From contig OZ250169.1 of NCBI GenBank assembly GCA_965237955.1, positions 7,072,001-7,136,000 of the forward strand: a DNA stretch of 64,000 nucleotides, written 5' to 3'. Source of the DNA: Candidatus Marinacidobacterales bacterium (GTDB lineage Bacteria > Acidobacteriota > Vicinamibacteria > Marinacidobacterales > SMYC01). The position numbers and the translations under genes are program-made. Of this stretch, positions 1 to 11,094 are shown in pieces. The notes under the pieces are model-generated. The model ran no database searches. It was not told the DNA's origin and saw only the letters and a program-made list of their open reading frames with translations. How positions within the stretch are numbered: the stretch's first letter is position 1; every line of letters starts with the position of its first letter.

Positions 1-2329
1 GATCGCGTCGTCGAAGAGCTCGCTAACTCGGCCCTGTTCGCGAGCAACTTCCGCGAGAACGCCGCCCGGGCCCTGTTGCTTCCGAGGCGTAGTCCCGACC
101 GGCGCACGCCGCTGTGGCAGCAACGCCTGCGCGCAAAGAATCTCCTCGCGAACGTCACCAAGTACCCATCGTTCCCCATCGTGCTCGAGACCTATCGGCA
201 GTGTCTGAAGGACGTGTTCGACGTTCCCGCGCTAAAAGATGTGTTGCGGTCGGTAGCGAGCCGCGCAGTTCGAGTCAGTGACGTCGAGACCGCGACGGCC
301 TCTCCGTTCGCTCGCTCGCTGACGTTCGCGTACGTCGCGAACTACCTCTACGAGCAGGACGCACCACTCGCCGAGCGCAAAGCACAAGCGCTCACGCTCG
401 ATCGAAATCTCCTGCGGGAGCTTCTCGGCCAAGCCGAGCTCCGCGAGCTCATCGACGCCGAAGTGCTCGACGACGTCGAAGCGGAGCTCGCGGGACTCGC
501 CGACGGCTGGAAAGCACGAAGCGCCGACGAGCTCGAGGATCTGTTGCGGCGAATAGGTGAGCTGAGCCGAGCGGAAATAGACGCGCGCACCACCGAGGAT
601 CCGAGAGCTTGGATAGACAAGCTAGAGAACGAGCGCCGTTGTGTGCGCGTGCGCGTCGCCCACGAGAACCGCTACATGGCGGTGACCGATGCCGCCCGCT
701 ATCGTGACGCTCTCGGCGTCGTGCCGCCGGCGGGTCTTCCTTCAAACCTGCTCGAGCCGACGGAGTCATCGCTAGAGGGCATCGTGCGCCGGTTCGCGCG
801 TACTCACGGACCGTTTTTGACGGAGGCGCTCGCCGAGCGCTGGGCTCTGCTTCCGTCTCAACTCGAGGCGGTACTGGAGCTTCTCGAGGGCGAAGGCCAT
901 CTCGTGCGCGGAGAGATTCGGCCTCTCGGAGTCCGTCCGGAGTGGTGCGACCCCGAAGTGCTTCGCCGTTTGAAACGCCGGACGCTCGCGAAGTTGCGAA
1001 AAGAAGTTGCTCCTGTCGAAGCGAGTGTTCTCGGTCGTTTTCTGCCCGAGTGGCACGGTGTGCGAAAACAAATGAGCGGCAGGTTGCGGCTCGAAGAGAC
1101 GCTCTCGCAGCTCGAAGGACTTCCTCTGCCGTGGTCGTCTCTGCTCGATGTGATCCTGCCTCAGCGCGTCAAAGACTTTCGACCCGAGATGCTGGACATG
1201 CTCTCCGCCTCGGGGACGATCGTTTGGGTCGGCGTCGGAGCCCTCGGTACTCTCGGTAATCGCGACGGCCGCGTGGCTCTCTATCGCCGCGATCGAGCTC
1301 CGATATTGTTGCCACCCCGGCACGCCTACGAGCCGCAGTCCGAACTCGAGGCGAAGATCCTCACCCACCTCGCCGAGCGAGGCGCCTCTTTCACGCTCGA
1401 GTTCGCGCGCAAGACGGAAGAGTTTTCCGTCTCCGAGCTGGAAGGATCGTTGTTGAACTTAGTGTGGGCGGGACAGATCACCAACGACACCTTCTCCCCG
1501 CTCCGCGGTCTAAAAAAGCGCACGCGCCGGGGTGAGCACGGGTCGTACGCGGACGGTCGGTGGTCTCTCGTGGCCGGGCTCATCGACGAGGGCGTGATCG
1601 ACACCGAACGCGCTCACGCGCGGGTCACCATGCTTCTCGAGCGCTACGGGCTCGTCAGTCGAACCGTCGCGCTGTTCGAAGATTTGCCCGGCGGCTACAA
1701 GGTGCTCTATCCGTTGTTACGCGAAATGGAAGAGCGCGGGCGTCTACGTCGCGGCCACTTCGTCGAAGGACTGTCCGGCTCGCAGTTCGCCCTCCCGGCG
1801 GCGATCGAGCGGCTCCGTGCGGTTCGAGACCAGCTTACCAACGCAAAGAGTCCAGACGAGGAAGTAGAGGCTTATCTCGCCGTGGATCCGGCGAACCCGT
1901 ACGGCTCGATTCTTCCCTGGCCTCAGCCCGCGACCGAGCGGCGGGCACGCCCGCGCCGCGTTCCAGGCGCATGGGTGGTCCTATATAAAGGGGATTATAT
2001 ACAATAGTCACGACCGCTCCGTGACTATTGTATATAATTCCCTATATAAAGGTAGGCTCGTGCTCTACATGGAAAAAGGCGGCCGGACTCTGCTGACGTT
2101 CGGCGAGCTCACCGAGCCGGGCGTGGCGAGGGCAGCGTTCCGAAAGCTCACGACACTCCCTAGACGCCGGCCGAACCGACTCCGCATCGAGGCGATCGAC
2201 AACGATGTGCCGACGAAGAGCCCCCACGAGACGCTTCTGAGCGAGCTCGGTTTCTTCCCGGACGTCACTTCGATGGTTTATGCTGAGACGCCCACCGCTG
2301 ACAGTCAGGCCGCCGATCGGATACATTAG
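1..2329 (+). pseudogene. lhr: Lhr-family ATP-dependent helicase, C-terminal part (starts before the window), interrupted near its 3' end by a 61-bp insertion
   Basis: ORF 76..2007 has Lhr motifs (PLWQQRLRA, ETYRQCLKDVFDVPAL, SPFARSL, RGHFVEGLSGSQFA, DPANPYG). ORF 2021..2329 continues it. Removing 61 bp rejoins ...VVLYKG-RLVLYMEKGGRTLL in frame. Confidence 0.85.
1990..2042. mobile_element. 53-bp hairpin mini-element (MITE or IS footprint) with 23-bp terminal inverted repeats and an 8-bp target duplication
   Basis: GGGGATTATATACAATAGTCACG (1990-2012) pairs with CGTGACTATTGTATATAATTCCC (2020-2042), with 1 mismatch and a 7-nt spacer. TATATAAA is duplicated at 1982-1989 and 2043-2050. Confidence 0.8.
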
Positions 2330-2361
2330 GTGCAGCCAAGGAGCCAAGGAGAAAAGACCCG

Positions 2362-2685
2362 ATGGAACATACGTATGACTCACTGAAACAGAAGACCGTC
2401 GCGGAGCTCCGGGAAATCGCGGACGCCATGGACCACGAGAAAGTCCACGGTTACAAGTCGCTCCACAAAGAGGATCTCGTCAAGCTCCTGTGCGGGGCTT
2501 TGGGGATCGAGGCTCAAGAGCACCACGCGGTGGTCGGCATCGACAAGGCCAAGATCAAGGCGCAGATCCACGTTCTCAAGCAAAAACGGGCAGCCGCGAT
2601 CGAAGCACACGACGCGAAACAGCTCAAGTGGACACGCCTCAACATCAAACGCCTCAAGCACAAGATCAGACGGGCGACCGTCTGA
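2362..2685 (+). CDS. Small basic protein with a Rho termination factor N-terminal-like domain
   Basis: LKQKTVAELREIA...GYKSLHKEDLV matches the Rho-N pattern; AGGAG RBS upstream; Lys-rich helical C-terminus. Confidence 0.65.
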   Translation: MEHTYDSLKQKTVAELREIADAMDHEKVHGYKSLHKEDLVKLLCGALGIEAQEHHAVVGIDKAKIKAQIHVLKQKRAAAIEAHDAKQLKWTRLNIKRLKHKIRRATV

Positions 2686-2995
2686 GCCATCGCCCGTCTA
2701 ATCTTGTCCGCGCACCTCGAGAGGGGGTGCGGTTCTGGCAGTTCATGACTTACCCTCCATTTCTTTCGAATGACACGTCAGTGCAACACGCGTTCCGGAT
2801 CCGACAAATCCACATAACTCTTTATTATCACGTGTTTGTACGGACGAACCTCGACCGTCGCGCGGCGGAGTACGTTATTTCACCCAGTGAGAGTTGGGGG
2901 TTCTGACACACATTCGGCGCCCGACACGACGCGAAGTAAAGCTGGTACTCGTACTCCGGTACGCTTAAACTTCCGTGCCAAAGGATGCCTTCACG

Positions 2996-4585
2996 ATGAT
3001 ACGACCCCGTTTTGTGGTTCACACTCTCGCCACGGTTTTCACGATCACCACCCTCGCCCGAGCCGAAACGTTCGAGCTGACGACGGCTACCATCGCTGAA
3101 ATCAACGCTGCCTTCGACGCCGGTGCTCTGACATCGGAGCGGCTCGTCGAGCTCTGCCTCGCTCGCATCAAGACCTACGACAAGTCCGGTCCCAAGCTCA
3201 ACGCCGTCATTACCGTCAATCCGAACGCGCTCGAGCGCGCCCGTGAGCTCGACGCCGAGCGCAAACGCCAAGGCCCGCGATCCGCCATGCACGGCATCCC
3301 TGTCGTGGTGAAGGACAACTACGACACCGCCGAGCTCCCCACGACCGCCGGCTCGTTCATGCTCCAAGGCTCGCTCCCACCCGATGACGCGTTCGTGGTG
3401 AACAAACTCCGTCAGGCCGGCGCCATCATTCTCGCGAAGCTCAACATGAGCGAGTTCGCATCGGGTGGCCCGCTAAGCTCTATCGGTGGGCCCACCCGTA
3501 ACCCCCATAACCCGGCGCGATCGCCTTCCGGCTCTTCCGGCGGAACCGGCGTGGCCGTCGCCGCCGCGTACGCCCCTCTCGGGTTGGGAACCGACACCGG
3601 CGGATCGGTGCGCGGCCCCTCCGCCGCGAACGGGATCGTCGGACTCAAGACGACGCACGGCCTTCTCAGCCGGAATGGCATCGTACCGCTCGGTCTGTCG
3701 TTCGACACCGCCGGTCCGATGGCACGGAACGTTTCCGACGTCGCCACAGCACTCGGCGTCATGACCGGCATCGATCCAGCCGATGCATCGACATTCAAGA
3801 GCGCCGGCAAGTTCGATACCGATTACACCCAGTTTCTCGATAAGAACGCGCTCCGGGGCGCACGCATCGGCATCGCCCGCGACTTCCTCGAACACGATCC
3901 CGACGTCGACTGGGTCGTGGAAGCGTCCCTCGAGGCGATGCGCGCCGCGGGCGCGACCATTGTCGACGTGAGCTTTCCCGAATGGCTCCTCGAGTCCGAA
4001 AGAAAGTTCTACACCGCCATCCGCCATCGCGAGTTCCGCGCCCAGATCGAAGAATACCTGGCGACCCTCGACGAGGGTTACCCGAAAACGCTCGCCGAGC
4101 TCGTCGAGCGCTCGAACACCTTGACCTCTCCAAGCGAGCAGGGGTTCGTCCCTAACCCTTCGCGATGGAGCTTGATGAAGCGCGAAGAGGAGAGCGGCTC
4201 GCTCGAAGACTATGAATACCTCGCGATACGCGAGCACGGCCTGGCGCTCGTCCGCGCGATCGTCGACGGCATTATGAACGCCGAGAAGCTCGATGCGATC
4301 GTGTACCCAACCGCGACCCGCCGCCCGAGCCGCCGGGACGCTGATCCAGGAACGACGACGCGCGGAGCGTCCGCCGTACGGATCGCCAACATGACCGGAT
4401 ATCCCGATCTCATCGTACCCGCCGGGTTCACCGGTACGGGTCTTCCCGTGTGCCTGTCGTTTCTGGGACCAGCGTTTTCCGAGCCACACCTGCTCGCGCT
4501 CGGATACGCGTTTGAGCAAGCGACGAAAGCGCGCCGTATCCCGGTATACACTCCTCCATTGCCGGGAGAAACATTCGATTACTGA
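2996..4585 (+). CDS. Secreted amidase-signature family protein
   Basis: Motifs HGIPVVVKDN, GSSGGTG and LGTDTGGSVRGPS; N-terminal signal-like segment ending TLARA. Confidence 0.9.
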   Translation: MIRPRFVVHTLATVFTITTLARAETFELTTATIAEINAAFDAGALTSERLVELCLARIKTYDKSGPKLNAVITVNPNALERARELDAERKRQGPRSAMHGIPVVVKDNYDTAELPTTAGSFMLQGSLPPDDAFVVNKLRQAGAIILAKLNMSEFASGGPLSSIGGPTRNPHNPARSPSGSSGGTGVAVAAAYAPLGLGTDTGGSVRGPSAANGIVGLKTTHGLLSRNGIVPLGLSFDTAGPMARNVSDVATALGVMTGIDPADASTFKSAGKFDTDYTQFLDKNALRGARIGIARDFLEHDPDVDWVVEASLEAMRAAGATIVDVSFPEWLLESERKFYTAIRHREFRAQIEEYLATLDEGYPKTLAELVERSNTLTSPSEQGFVPNPSRWSLMKREEESGSLEDYEYLAIREHGLALVRAIVDGIMNAEKLDAIVYPTATRRPSRRDADPGTTTRGASAVRIANMTGYPDLIVPAGFTGTGLPVCLSFLGPAFSEPHLLALGYAFEQATKARRIPVYTPPLPGETFDY

Positions 4586-5175
4586 TTGACGTTAGCGGCG
4601 CGCGCGCATGTTTTATAGCGGAAACAGCTCACCACGTGGTCGTTCACCATGCCTATTGCCTGCATGTGGGCGTAGATGATGGTGCTGCCGACGAAATTGA
4701 ACCCGCGCTGTTTGAGATCTTTGCTGAGAGCGTCGGAGTGTTGGGTCTTCGCTGGAATATCTGACATTCCCCGGCGGCGGTTCACTTTGGGCTTCCCGCC
4801 GACGAACGGCCACACGTAGGCGTCGAAGCTTCCGAACTCTTTTTGGACTTCGAGGAACGCGCGCGCGTTTCTCACCGCGCTTTGGACTTTGAGCCGGTTG
4901 CGAACAATGCCGGGGTTCTCCAGAAGCTTGGTGATCTTCTTGTCGGTGAAGCGAGCCACCTTCTTGGGGTCGAAGCCGGCGAACGCCTTCCGGTACGCCT
5001 CGCGTTTGTTGAGGATCGTCGACCACGATAGCCCTGCCTGAGCGCCCTCGAGAATCAGGAACTCGAAGTGAGTGCGGTCGTCGTGAACGGGAACGCCCCA
5101 CTCTTTGTCGTGGTAGTCGATGTAGAGCTCGGAGCTACCCTTCTCCGACCACGCGCAGCGTTTGCGCGCAGGCAT
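4579..5175 (-). CDS. tag: DNA-3-methyladenine glycosylase I
   Basis: RCAW, YHDKEWG, LEGAQAGLSW, IVRNRLK and MQAIGMVNDH motifs. Confidence 0.95.
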   Translation of the reverse strand: MPARKRCAWSEKGSSELYIDYHDKEWGVPVHDDRTHFEFLILEGAQAGLSWSTILNKREAYRKAFAGFDPKKVARFTDKKITKLLENPGIVRNRLKVQSAVRNARAFLEVQKEFGSFDAYVWPFVGGKPKVNRRRGMSDIPAKTQHSDALSKDLKQRGFNFVGSTIIYAHMQAIGMVNDHVVSCFRYKTCARAANVNQ

Positions 5176-5328
5176 CAGCTCACGTCCCGGGCGACGCGAA
5201 TCCCCATGAACTGCCAGCGCGCATCCGGGTAGTAGAAGTTCCGGTAGCTCGCGCGGATGTGATCACGCGGCGTCACGAACGAGCCACCACGCAGCACCAT
5301 CTGGTTGCACATGAACTTCCCGTTGTAC
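5175..5328 (-). pseudogene. egtB: 3' fragment of an EgtB-like FGE-sulfatase protein
   Basis: [44 protein letters not shown] is the typical EgtB C-terminus. Nothing upstream continues it. Confidence 0.75.
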
Positions 5329-5447
5329 TGAAGTAGAGATCCCCGCAGCGGCGCTGCAACCGATTGCTCGGACAATAGAAGCCTCCCCCGACTTTTATTT
5401 AATTTCCGCCTAAGGGCGCAGACGATAACGGGGTTTGCGGCGAGGTG

Positions 5448-6005
5448 TCAAGTCGACGCAGATTCGAAGCGCGCGATGGCGTCTTGTTGCTGCAACAGGA
5501 AGTCGATCTGATCGATTCCGTTCAAAAGACAGTGCCTCGCGAAACCATCCATGGGAAAGCCCGCGCTCGACCCATCCGGCAACGTAATCGCGAGCGCTTC
5601 GAGATCGACGGTCACGGAAGCGCCCGGATTGTCGAGAAGCACACGATGAGATGCTTCGTCGATCTCGACCGGCACGAGTCCGTTCTTGACGGCGTTTCCC
5701 TTGAAGATGTCAGCAATCGAGGTGCTGACGACGGCGCGGAATCCGTAATCCGTCAGCGCCCATGGTGCGTGCTCGCGCGACGATCCGGAGCCGAAATTTT
5801 CTCCGGCGACGAGGATCCGCGCACCTTCGGCTTCGGGCTGGTTGAGCACGAAATTCGGATCGTTGCGCCAATCGGCGAACAGGTTCTCACCCAGCCCTTC
5901 CTTGGTCGTGATCGTCAAGAAACGGGCGGGGATGATCTGATCGGTGTCGACGTTGTCGACGGGAAGGACGACGGTCTTCGACGTGAGCTGGCGAATAGGT
6001 TTCAT
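5448..6005 (-). CDS. leuD: 3-isopropylmalate dehydratase small subunit
   Basis: [13 protein letters not shown] and [15 protein letters not shown]; directly follows leuC. Confidence 0.95.
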   Translation of the reverse strand: MKPIRQLTSKTVVLPVDNVDTDQIIPARFLTITTKEGLGENLFADWRNDPNFVLNQPEAEGARILVAGENFGSGSSREHAPWALTDYGFRAVVSTSIADIFKGNAVKNGLVPVEIDEASHRVLLDNPGASVTVDLEALAITLPDGSSAGFPMDGFARHCLLNGIDQIDFLLQQQDAIARFESAST

Positions 6006-6009
6006 GGCG

Positions 6010-7404
6010 TTAGCCCAAAAGCTCTCGCACGTCGGCGATCGTTCCACAGATGGCCGCCGCTGCCGCCGTCAAAGGACTAGCGAGAATGGTGCGCGCGCCT
6101 TTCCCCTGCCGTCCTTCGAAATTTCGATTGCTGGTGCTGACGGCGAGCTCGCCGGGGGCGACCAAGTCGCCGTTCATCGCGATGCACATCGAACAGCCCG
6201 GCTCGCGCCATTCGGCTCCGGCGTCTTTGAAGACGCGATCGAGCCCCTCGTCGATCGCCAGTTGTTTCACCTCTTCGGAGCCGGGTACGACGAGCACGCG
6301 GACGCCAGGAGCTACTTTACGCCCTTTCATGACCGAGGCGGCGAGCCGAAGGTCGTCGAGGCGCGCGTTCGTGCAGCTTCCGATGAACACGACATCGATG
6401 GACTTGCCTATTAGGCTCTCGCCACGTTCCATCTTCATGTAGCCGAGCGCGTGGTCGGTCGCCGCATCCGGAATCGCTTCATCGATCGAGACGGACATCC
6501 CCGGGTTCGTCCCGTAGGTCACCATGGGCTTGATAATAGAAGCATCGATGCTGACGCTCTTGTCGTACACCGCGCCCGCGTCCGTCGGGAGCGTCCGCCA
6601 ATCGGCAAGCGCCCGGTCCCACGCTTCGTCTTTCGGTGCGTACTCACGTCCCTCGACGTAGTCGAGGGTCGTGTCGTCGGGCGCAATCAGTCCCGCGCGC
6701 GCTCCCGCTTCGATGGACATGTTGCAGATGGTCATCCGCTCGTCCATCGACAGCGACCGAATGCACGAGCCGGTGTATTCGATCACGTGACCGATCCCAC
6801 CACCGACACCGATCTCGCGAATGACGGCGAGAATCACATCCTTCGCGGTCACCCCGGGAGCGAGCTTGCCGTCGAGCCGTACTTCGAATGTCTTCGGCTG
6901 CCGCTGCAACAAACTCTGCGTCGCCATGACATGCCCGACTTCCGTGGTCCCGATCCCGAACGCCCACGCGCCAAAAGCGCCATGGGTACTCGTATGACTG
7001 TCCCCGCACACGATAGTGCGGCCGGGCTGCGTCAGGCCGAGCTCGGGCCCGATCACATGAACGATGCCCTGCCCCTTTTCGCCCATGGCGTAGAGACGAA
7101 CACCGTACTCGTCGCAGTTCTTCCGAAGCGTATCCACTTGCGTACGTGTTTTGTCGTCGGAGTAGAGCGGTACGTTACCGTCGAACAACGTGGGTATCGA
7201 ATGGTCCATCGTTGCGATGGTGCGATCGGGCCGTCGAAGCGGGATCTTACGGCGCCTCAGCTCGTCGAAAGCCTGGGGCGAGGTGACCTCGTGGATCAAA
7301 TGAAGATCGATGTAGACGACCGCGGGATGTTCCTCGGTCGCCGGCTGAACGAGATGTCGCTGCCAGAGTTTTTCGAAGAGCGTGCGAGGTTTCTGCTCGC
7401 TCAT
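6010..7404 (-). CDS. leuC: 3-isopropylmalate dehydratase large subunit
   Basis: [39 protein letters not shown] and [12 protein letters not shown]. Confidence 0.97.
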   Translation of the reverse strand: MSEQKPRTLFEKLWQRHLVQPATEEHPAVVYIDLHLIHEVTSPQAFDELRRRKIPLRRPDRTIATMDHSIPTLFDGNVPLYSDDKTRTQVDTLRKNCDEYGVRLYAMGEKGQGIVHVIGPELGLTQPGRTIVCGDSHTSTHGAFGAWAFGIGTTEVGHVMATQSLLQRQPKTFEVRLDGKLAPGVTAKDVILAVIREIGVGGGIGHVIEYTGSCIRSLSMDERMTICNMSIEAGARAGLIAPDDTTLDYVEGREYAPKDEAWDRALADWRTLPTDAGAVYDKSVSIDASIIKPMVTYGTNPGMSVSIDEAIPDAATDHALGYMKMERGESLIGKSIDVVFIGSCTNARLDDLRLAASVMKGRKVAPGVRVLVVPGSEEVKQLAIDEGLDRVFKDAGAEWREPGCSMCIAMNGDLVAPGELAVSTSNRNFEGRQGKGARTILASPLTAAAAAICGTIADVRELLG

Positions 7405-8960
7405 TGACCGTAGACGTCGACGAGCTCTTTCTGCCCCTCGCGCTCGGCGACCACGCGGTTGATCACGCGCAAGAACGCTTCGGCGCTCGCCCGCATAATG
7501 TCGCCGCCCACGGCTCGCCCACGGTGGCGATTTCCCAACTCTTCGATCTCAACGCTGACTTCGCCTCGGCCGTCGAGCCCACCACTGAGCCCGCGGACCT
7601 GGTAGTCGGTGAGCGAAAGCTCGGTGCCGCTCGCCCGACCCATGGCGCGGAAAATCGCTTCCACCGGACCGTCGCCGCACGCCGCTTCTTTGACGGTGCG
7701 GCGCGCGCGATCGCGCAAGCACACGGTCGCCGTCGAACCGGACTCCGATCCCGAGCTTAGGTGCAGATCGACGAGCTCCCAGATGTCAATCTCAGCGACT
7801 TTCGCCTGCGCGCCGCTCATGAGAGCGTGGAGGTCGTCATCGAGAACTTCTTTCTTGGTATCAGCGAGGGCTTTGAACTCGACGAACATCTCGCGGAGCT
7901 GGTCATCACTGAGATCATAGCCGAGCTCTTCGAGACGTTTTCTCAGCGCGTGCCGGCCGCTGTGCTTTCCGAGAACGAGCGCGTTGGAACCGAGACCGAT
8001 GTCTTCGGGCTTCATGATCTCGTACGTCGCCCGGTGTTGGATGACACCGTGTTGGTGGATGCCGGCTTCGTGAGCGAAAGCGTTCTTACCGACGATGGCT
8101 TTGTTGCGCTGCACGGCGAGCCCGCTCACCTGGCACAAGAGCTGACTCGTCGGATAGATCCGCGTGGTGTCGATTCCGGTCGAAACACAGTGGAAGTCGG
8201 CGCGCGTCTTCATCGACATCACTACTTCCTCGAGCGAGGCATTGCCCGCGCGCTCGCCGATGCCGTTGATGGTGCATTCGATCTGTCGCGCCCCGGCGCC
8301 GACCGCGGCGAGAGAGTTCGCGACCGCGAGACCGAGATCGTTGTGGCAGTGCACGCTGATCACCGAGTCGTCGATATTGCTCACGTGCTTTTTGAGGTAG
8401 GCGATGAGCTCGGCGAACTCGGTGGGCATCGCGTAGCCCACGGTGTCCGGAATATTGACCGTTCCCGCACCGGCTTCGATCGCTTTCTCGACGACCTCGG
8501 CGAGAAAGTCGGGCTCGGTGCGCGCAGCATCCTCGGGCGAGAACTCGACGTCGTCACAAAGCTCCCGCGCCATCGATACGCTCTCGACCGCGCGCCGCAC
8601 GATCTCCTCTTTCGCCATCGCGAGCTTGAACTCACGGTGGATCGCGCTCGTCGCCAGGAACACATGAAGCCTCGCCTTGGGCGCATCCTTCAACGCATCC
8701 CAGGCGCGGTTGATGTCGAGCTCGTGGCAGCGCGCGAGCCCTGCGATGACGGGACCTTCGATTTGTCGGCCGACTTCCTGAACGGCTTCGAAGTCTCCGT
8801 TGGAGGCGATCGGGAACCCAGCCTCGAGAATATCCACACCGAGCTCGGCAAGCGCCCGCGCCATCTTGAGCTTGCCCTCCAAATCCATACTCGCGCCGGG
8901 AGATTGTTCGCCGTCGCGCAGCGTGGTATCGAATATGAAGACTCGTTGCGGTTGTGTCAT
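7401..8960 (-). CDS. leuA: 2-isopropylmalate synthase
   Basis: [39 protein letters not shown] and a C-terminal regulatory domain (GDGPVEA). Confidence 0.97.
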   Translation of the reverse strand: MTQPQRVFIFDTTLRDGEQSPGASMDLEGKLKMARALAELGVDILEAGFPIASNGDFEAVQEVGRQIEGPVIAGLARCHELDINRAWDALKDAPKARLHVFLATSAIHREFKLAMAKEEIVRRAVESVSMARELCDDVEFSPEDAARTEPDFLAEVVEKAIEAGAGTVNIPDTVGYAMPTEFAELIAYLKKHVSNIDDSVISVHCHNDLGLAVANSLAAVGAGARQIECTINGIGERAGNASLEEVVMSMKTRADFHCVSTGIDTTRIYPTSQLLCQVSGLAVQRNKAIVGKNAFAHEAGIHQHGVIQHRATYEIMKPEDIGLGSNALVLGKHSGRHALRKRLEELGYDLSDDQLREMFVEFKALADTKKEVLDDDLHALMSGAQAKVAEIDIWELVDLHLSSGSESGSTATVCLRDRARRTVKEAACGDGPVEAIFRAMGRASGTELSLTDYQVRGLSGGLDGRGEVSVEIEELGNRHRGRAVGGDIMRASAEAFLRVINRVVAEREGQKELVDVYGQ

Positions 8961-9052
8961 CGCTTGCTCTCCTCTGCAATGAGGCCGGGGTTGGGCCGGG
9001 AGGATAACTGATTCAGAATCAGCCCCTTAGTCGAACTTACCGACCGATAAGT

Positions 9053-9081
9053 AAATTAACCCAACCACCGGGCATTGTCAA
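9053..9081 (-). promoter_or_regulatory. Sigma70-like promoter for leuACD
   Basis: Minus strand TTGACA (9081-9076), 17-nt spacer, TAATTT (9058-9053), about 90 nt upstream of leuA. Confidence 0.6.
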
Positions 9082-9124
9082 GAGCGGAAGACGCACCCCC
9101 GAAAAAGCTTCTTTTTTGGAAAAG

Positions 9125-9300
9125 AAAAACTCACCGCAGAAGCGCAAAGGACGCAGAGTTTCGCAGAGAAAAACAACGCTAGGGCCAAGCTCAAAAAAAT
9201 CGGTACGAAGTGCTCTTCCGCGACGCGGCTCTCCACGTTTACCTTTTTTTCCCTCTGCGTGCCTTTGCGTCCTCTGCGCCTCTGCGATGATCTTTTCTTT
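9125..9300. repeat. REP/REPIN-like intergenic element (CACCGCAGA/GCGCAAAG/ACGCAGAG units in inverted arrangement)
   Basis: The left arm TCACCGCAGAAGCGCAAAGGACGCAGAG is mirrored by CTCTGCGTGCCTTTGCGTCCTCTGCGCCTCTGCGATGA. About 55 bp recurs as a reverse complement at about 25335-25395. Confidence 0.75.
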
Positions 9301-9344
9301 TCCACTGATTTGACAACAATTGCCACCCTCGATAGCTTTATCAG

Positions 9345-10252
9345 ATGCGGGTGTTGGGTATCGATGCGGGAGCGACGAAGACGGAATGCCTCCTCGCGGA
9401 CGGCAAGGGAGTCGTTCTCGGGAAGGCCCGCGGCCCGGGCGGGAACTTCCAGCTGTATGACGAAGACGAGGTGGAGTTCGTGCTCGAGGACCTCACCACC
9501 CAAGTTCTTGCCGGCTATCGCGGTCCCGTGGACACGCTTTGTGTCGGGATGGCAGGCGCGGGGCGAGAACGCGACTTCCGCGCGATGCAACGCATTCTTC
9601 GCCGGATCGGGCGTGCGCGCGAAAACCTCGTCACCCATGACGCTCTCATCGCTCTCGTGGCGGGCGCCGGCGAGCAATACGGCGTCGTGCTCATCGTCGG
9701 CACCGGTGCAACTGCGTACGGTGTCAATCGCAAGGGCGTCACCGCGCGCGCGGGAGGCTGGGGCCCGCTTCTCGGGGACGAAGGCAGCGGCTACTGGATG
9801 GGGCTCCGTGCGCTTCGCGCCATCGTGCGGGCGCATGATGGCCGAGCCAAGCCGACGCTACTGAAAGAGTCCGTCCTCGGTCGCCTCGGCATCGACGACA
9901 CCGAGTCGCTCGTCCACCGCATCTATCGCGAGTTTGCCCGCGGAGAAATCGCCGCGCTCGCGCCCCTCGTCCAGCAGGCGGCTGACGTTGGTGACGAAGC
10001 AGCGCAAGCCATCGTCGATGATGCCATCCGGGAGTTCATGCGCTCGGTCGAGTCGGTCATCGGACAGCTCGAGATCGCGGGCGAGAACTTCCGCCTCGTT
10101 CTCTCCGGAGGCCTTTGGAAAGGAGTACCGGTGCTGCGCCAGGATTTCGAGCGAGTCGCGAAAAAATCGCTCCCTGGGTCACGGTGCATCTGCTCGACGT
10201 CGAGCCCGCCAGGGGCGCCGTCCAACTCGCGCTCGAGCACGGGCGGGCCTGA
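9345..10252 (+). CDS. BadF/BadG-type ATPase, N-acetylglucosamine/MurNAc kinase-like, with an apparent frameshift near 10177
   Basis: LGIDAGATKT, GTGATAYG and RAGGWGPLLGDEGSGYW. The expected C-terminus VTVHLLDVEPARGAVQLALE lies in another frame after a G run and stops at 10250-10252. Confidence 0.8.
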
Positions 10253-10287
10253 CGCCCCCCACGGGGGATGCCTCAGCGCAACAACTT

Positions 10288-10772
10288 CTAGTGGCCGTCT
10301 TCCAGAACCCGCCGGAGATCTCTATCGGCGGTGTCGAGGCGACGCTTCGCCTCGGCTAGCGAAACATCGAGACGGCCCATGACCACGGCAGTCTTCACGT
10401 CGTCCCTTGCAATCGAGAGCAGTTTCTCGGCGGCGTTACGATCGACGTGCGCAAGCGATTGGACCATACGCACGCCGCGATCCCGAAGCTTCGCGGACGT
10501 CGCCTTCAAGTCCACCATGTAGGGCCCGAACACTTTCTTGAGACGGATCATCGCGAGAAGCGTCATCTGGTTGAGAACGAGCTTGGTTGCCGTTCCCGCC
10601 TTCATGCGCGTGGATCCCGCGAGCACTTCGGGTCCGACTTCCGGCGCGATGACGACGTCAGCGACGCCGCGCACACGCGGACCGCAGGTGATGAGGACCG
10701 TCGCCGCGCGGTGCTCGCGCGCCACCGTGAGCGCACCGCGAACGAACGGTGTCACGCTACTCGCCGAGATCC
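10288..10772 (-). pseudogene. murQ: C-terminal fragment of N-acetylmuramic acid 6-phosphate etherase
   Basis: ISASSVTPFVRGAL, GPEVLAGSTRMKAGTATKLVLN and MVDLKATSAKL; the N-terminal half is absent. Confidence 0.85.
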
Positions 10773-10773
10773 G

Positions 10774-11088
10774 AGCGGACTTTTTGGATGGACGAGCGAG
10801 GAGTCCGACATAGGCCACATGGGGACCTATACGAGGTACAAAAACGGCGCTCGTCTTGCGGCCGGAATGTTCAAGATCTCCGAACAGATGGGTGACGTGC
10901 CCCCGAACTGGATGGTTTACTTCGCCGTCGATGATTGCGACGGCGCCGTCGAAAAAGCCCAACGAGCCGGAGCCAACGTCGTCGTGCCGCCTTCCGACAT
11001 CCCTGACGTGGGACGGTTCACGGTGCTCACGGATCCCCAGGGTGCGGCCTTCGCGATGATCCAGCTCAACGCGGCGGAGGAGAACTAG
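10774..11088 (+). pseudogene. C-terminal fragment of a VOC/glyoxalase family protein
   Basis: GLFGW...PPNWMVYFAVDDCD...DIPDVGRFTVLTDPQGAAF; the 5' part is missing at the junction with murQ. Confidence 0.75.
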
Positions 11089-11094
11089 CAACGC

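Noticed and set aside
9125-9300. Possible CRISPR array
   Set aside because: The units are short, degenerate and inverted, with no regular repeat-spacer period and no cas genes.
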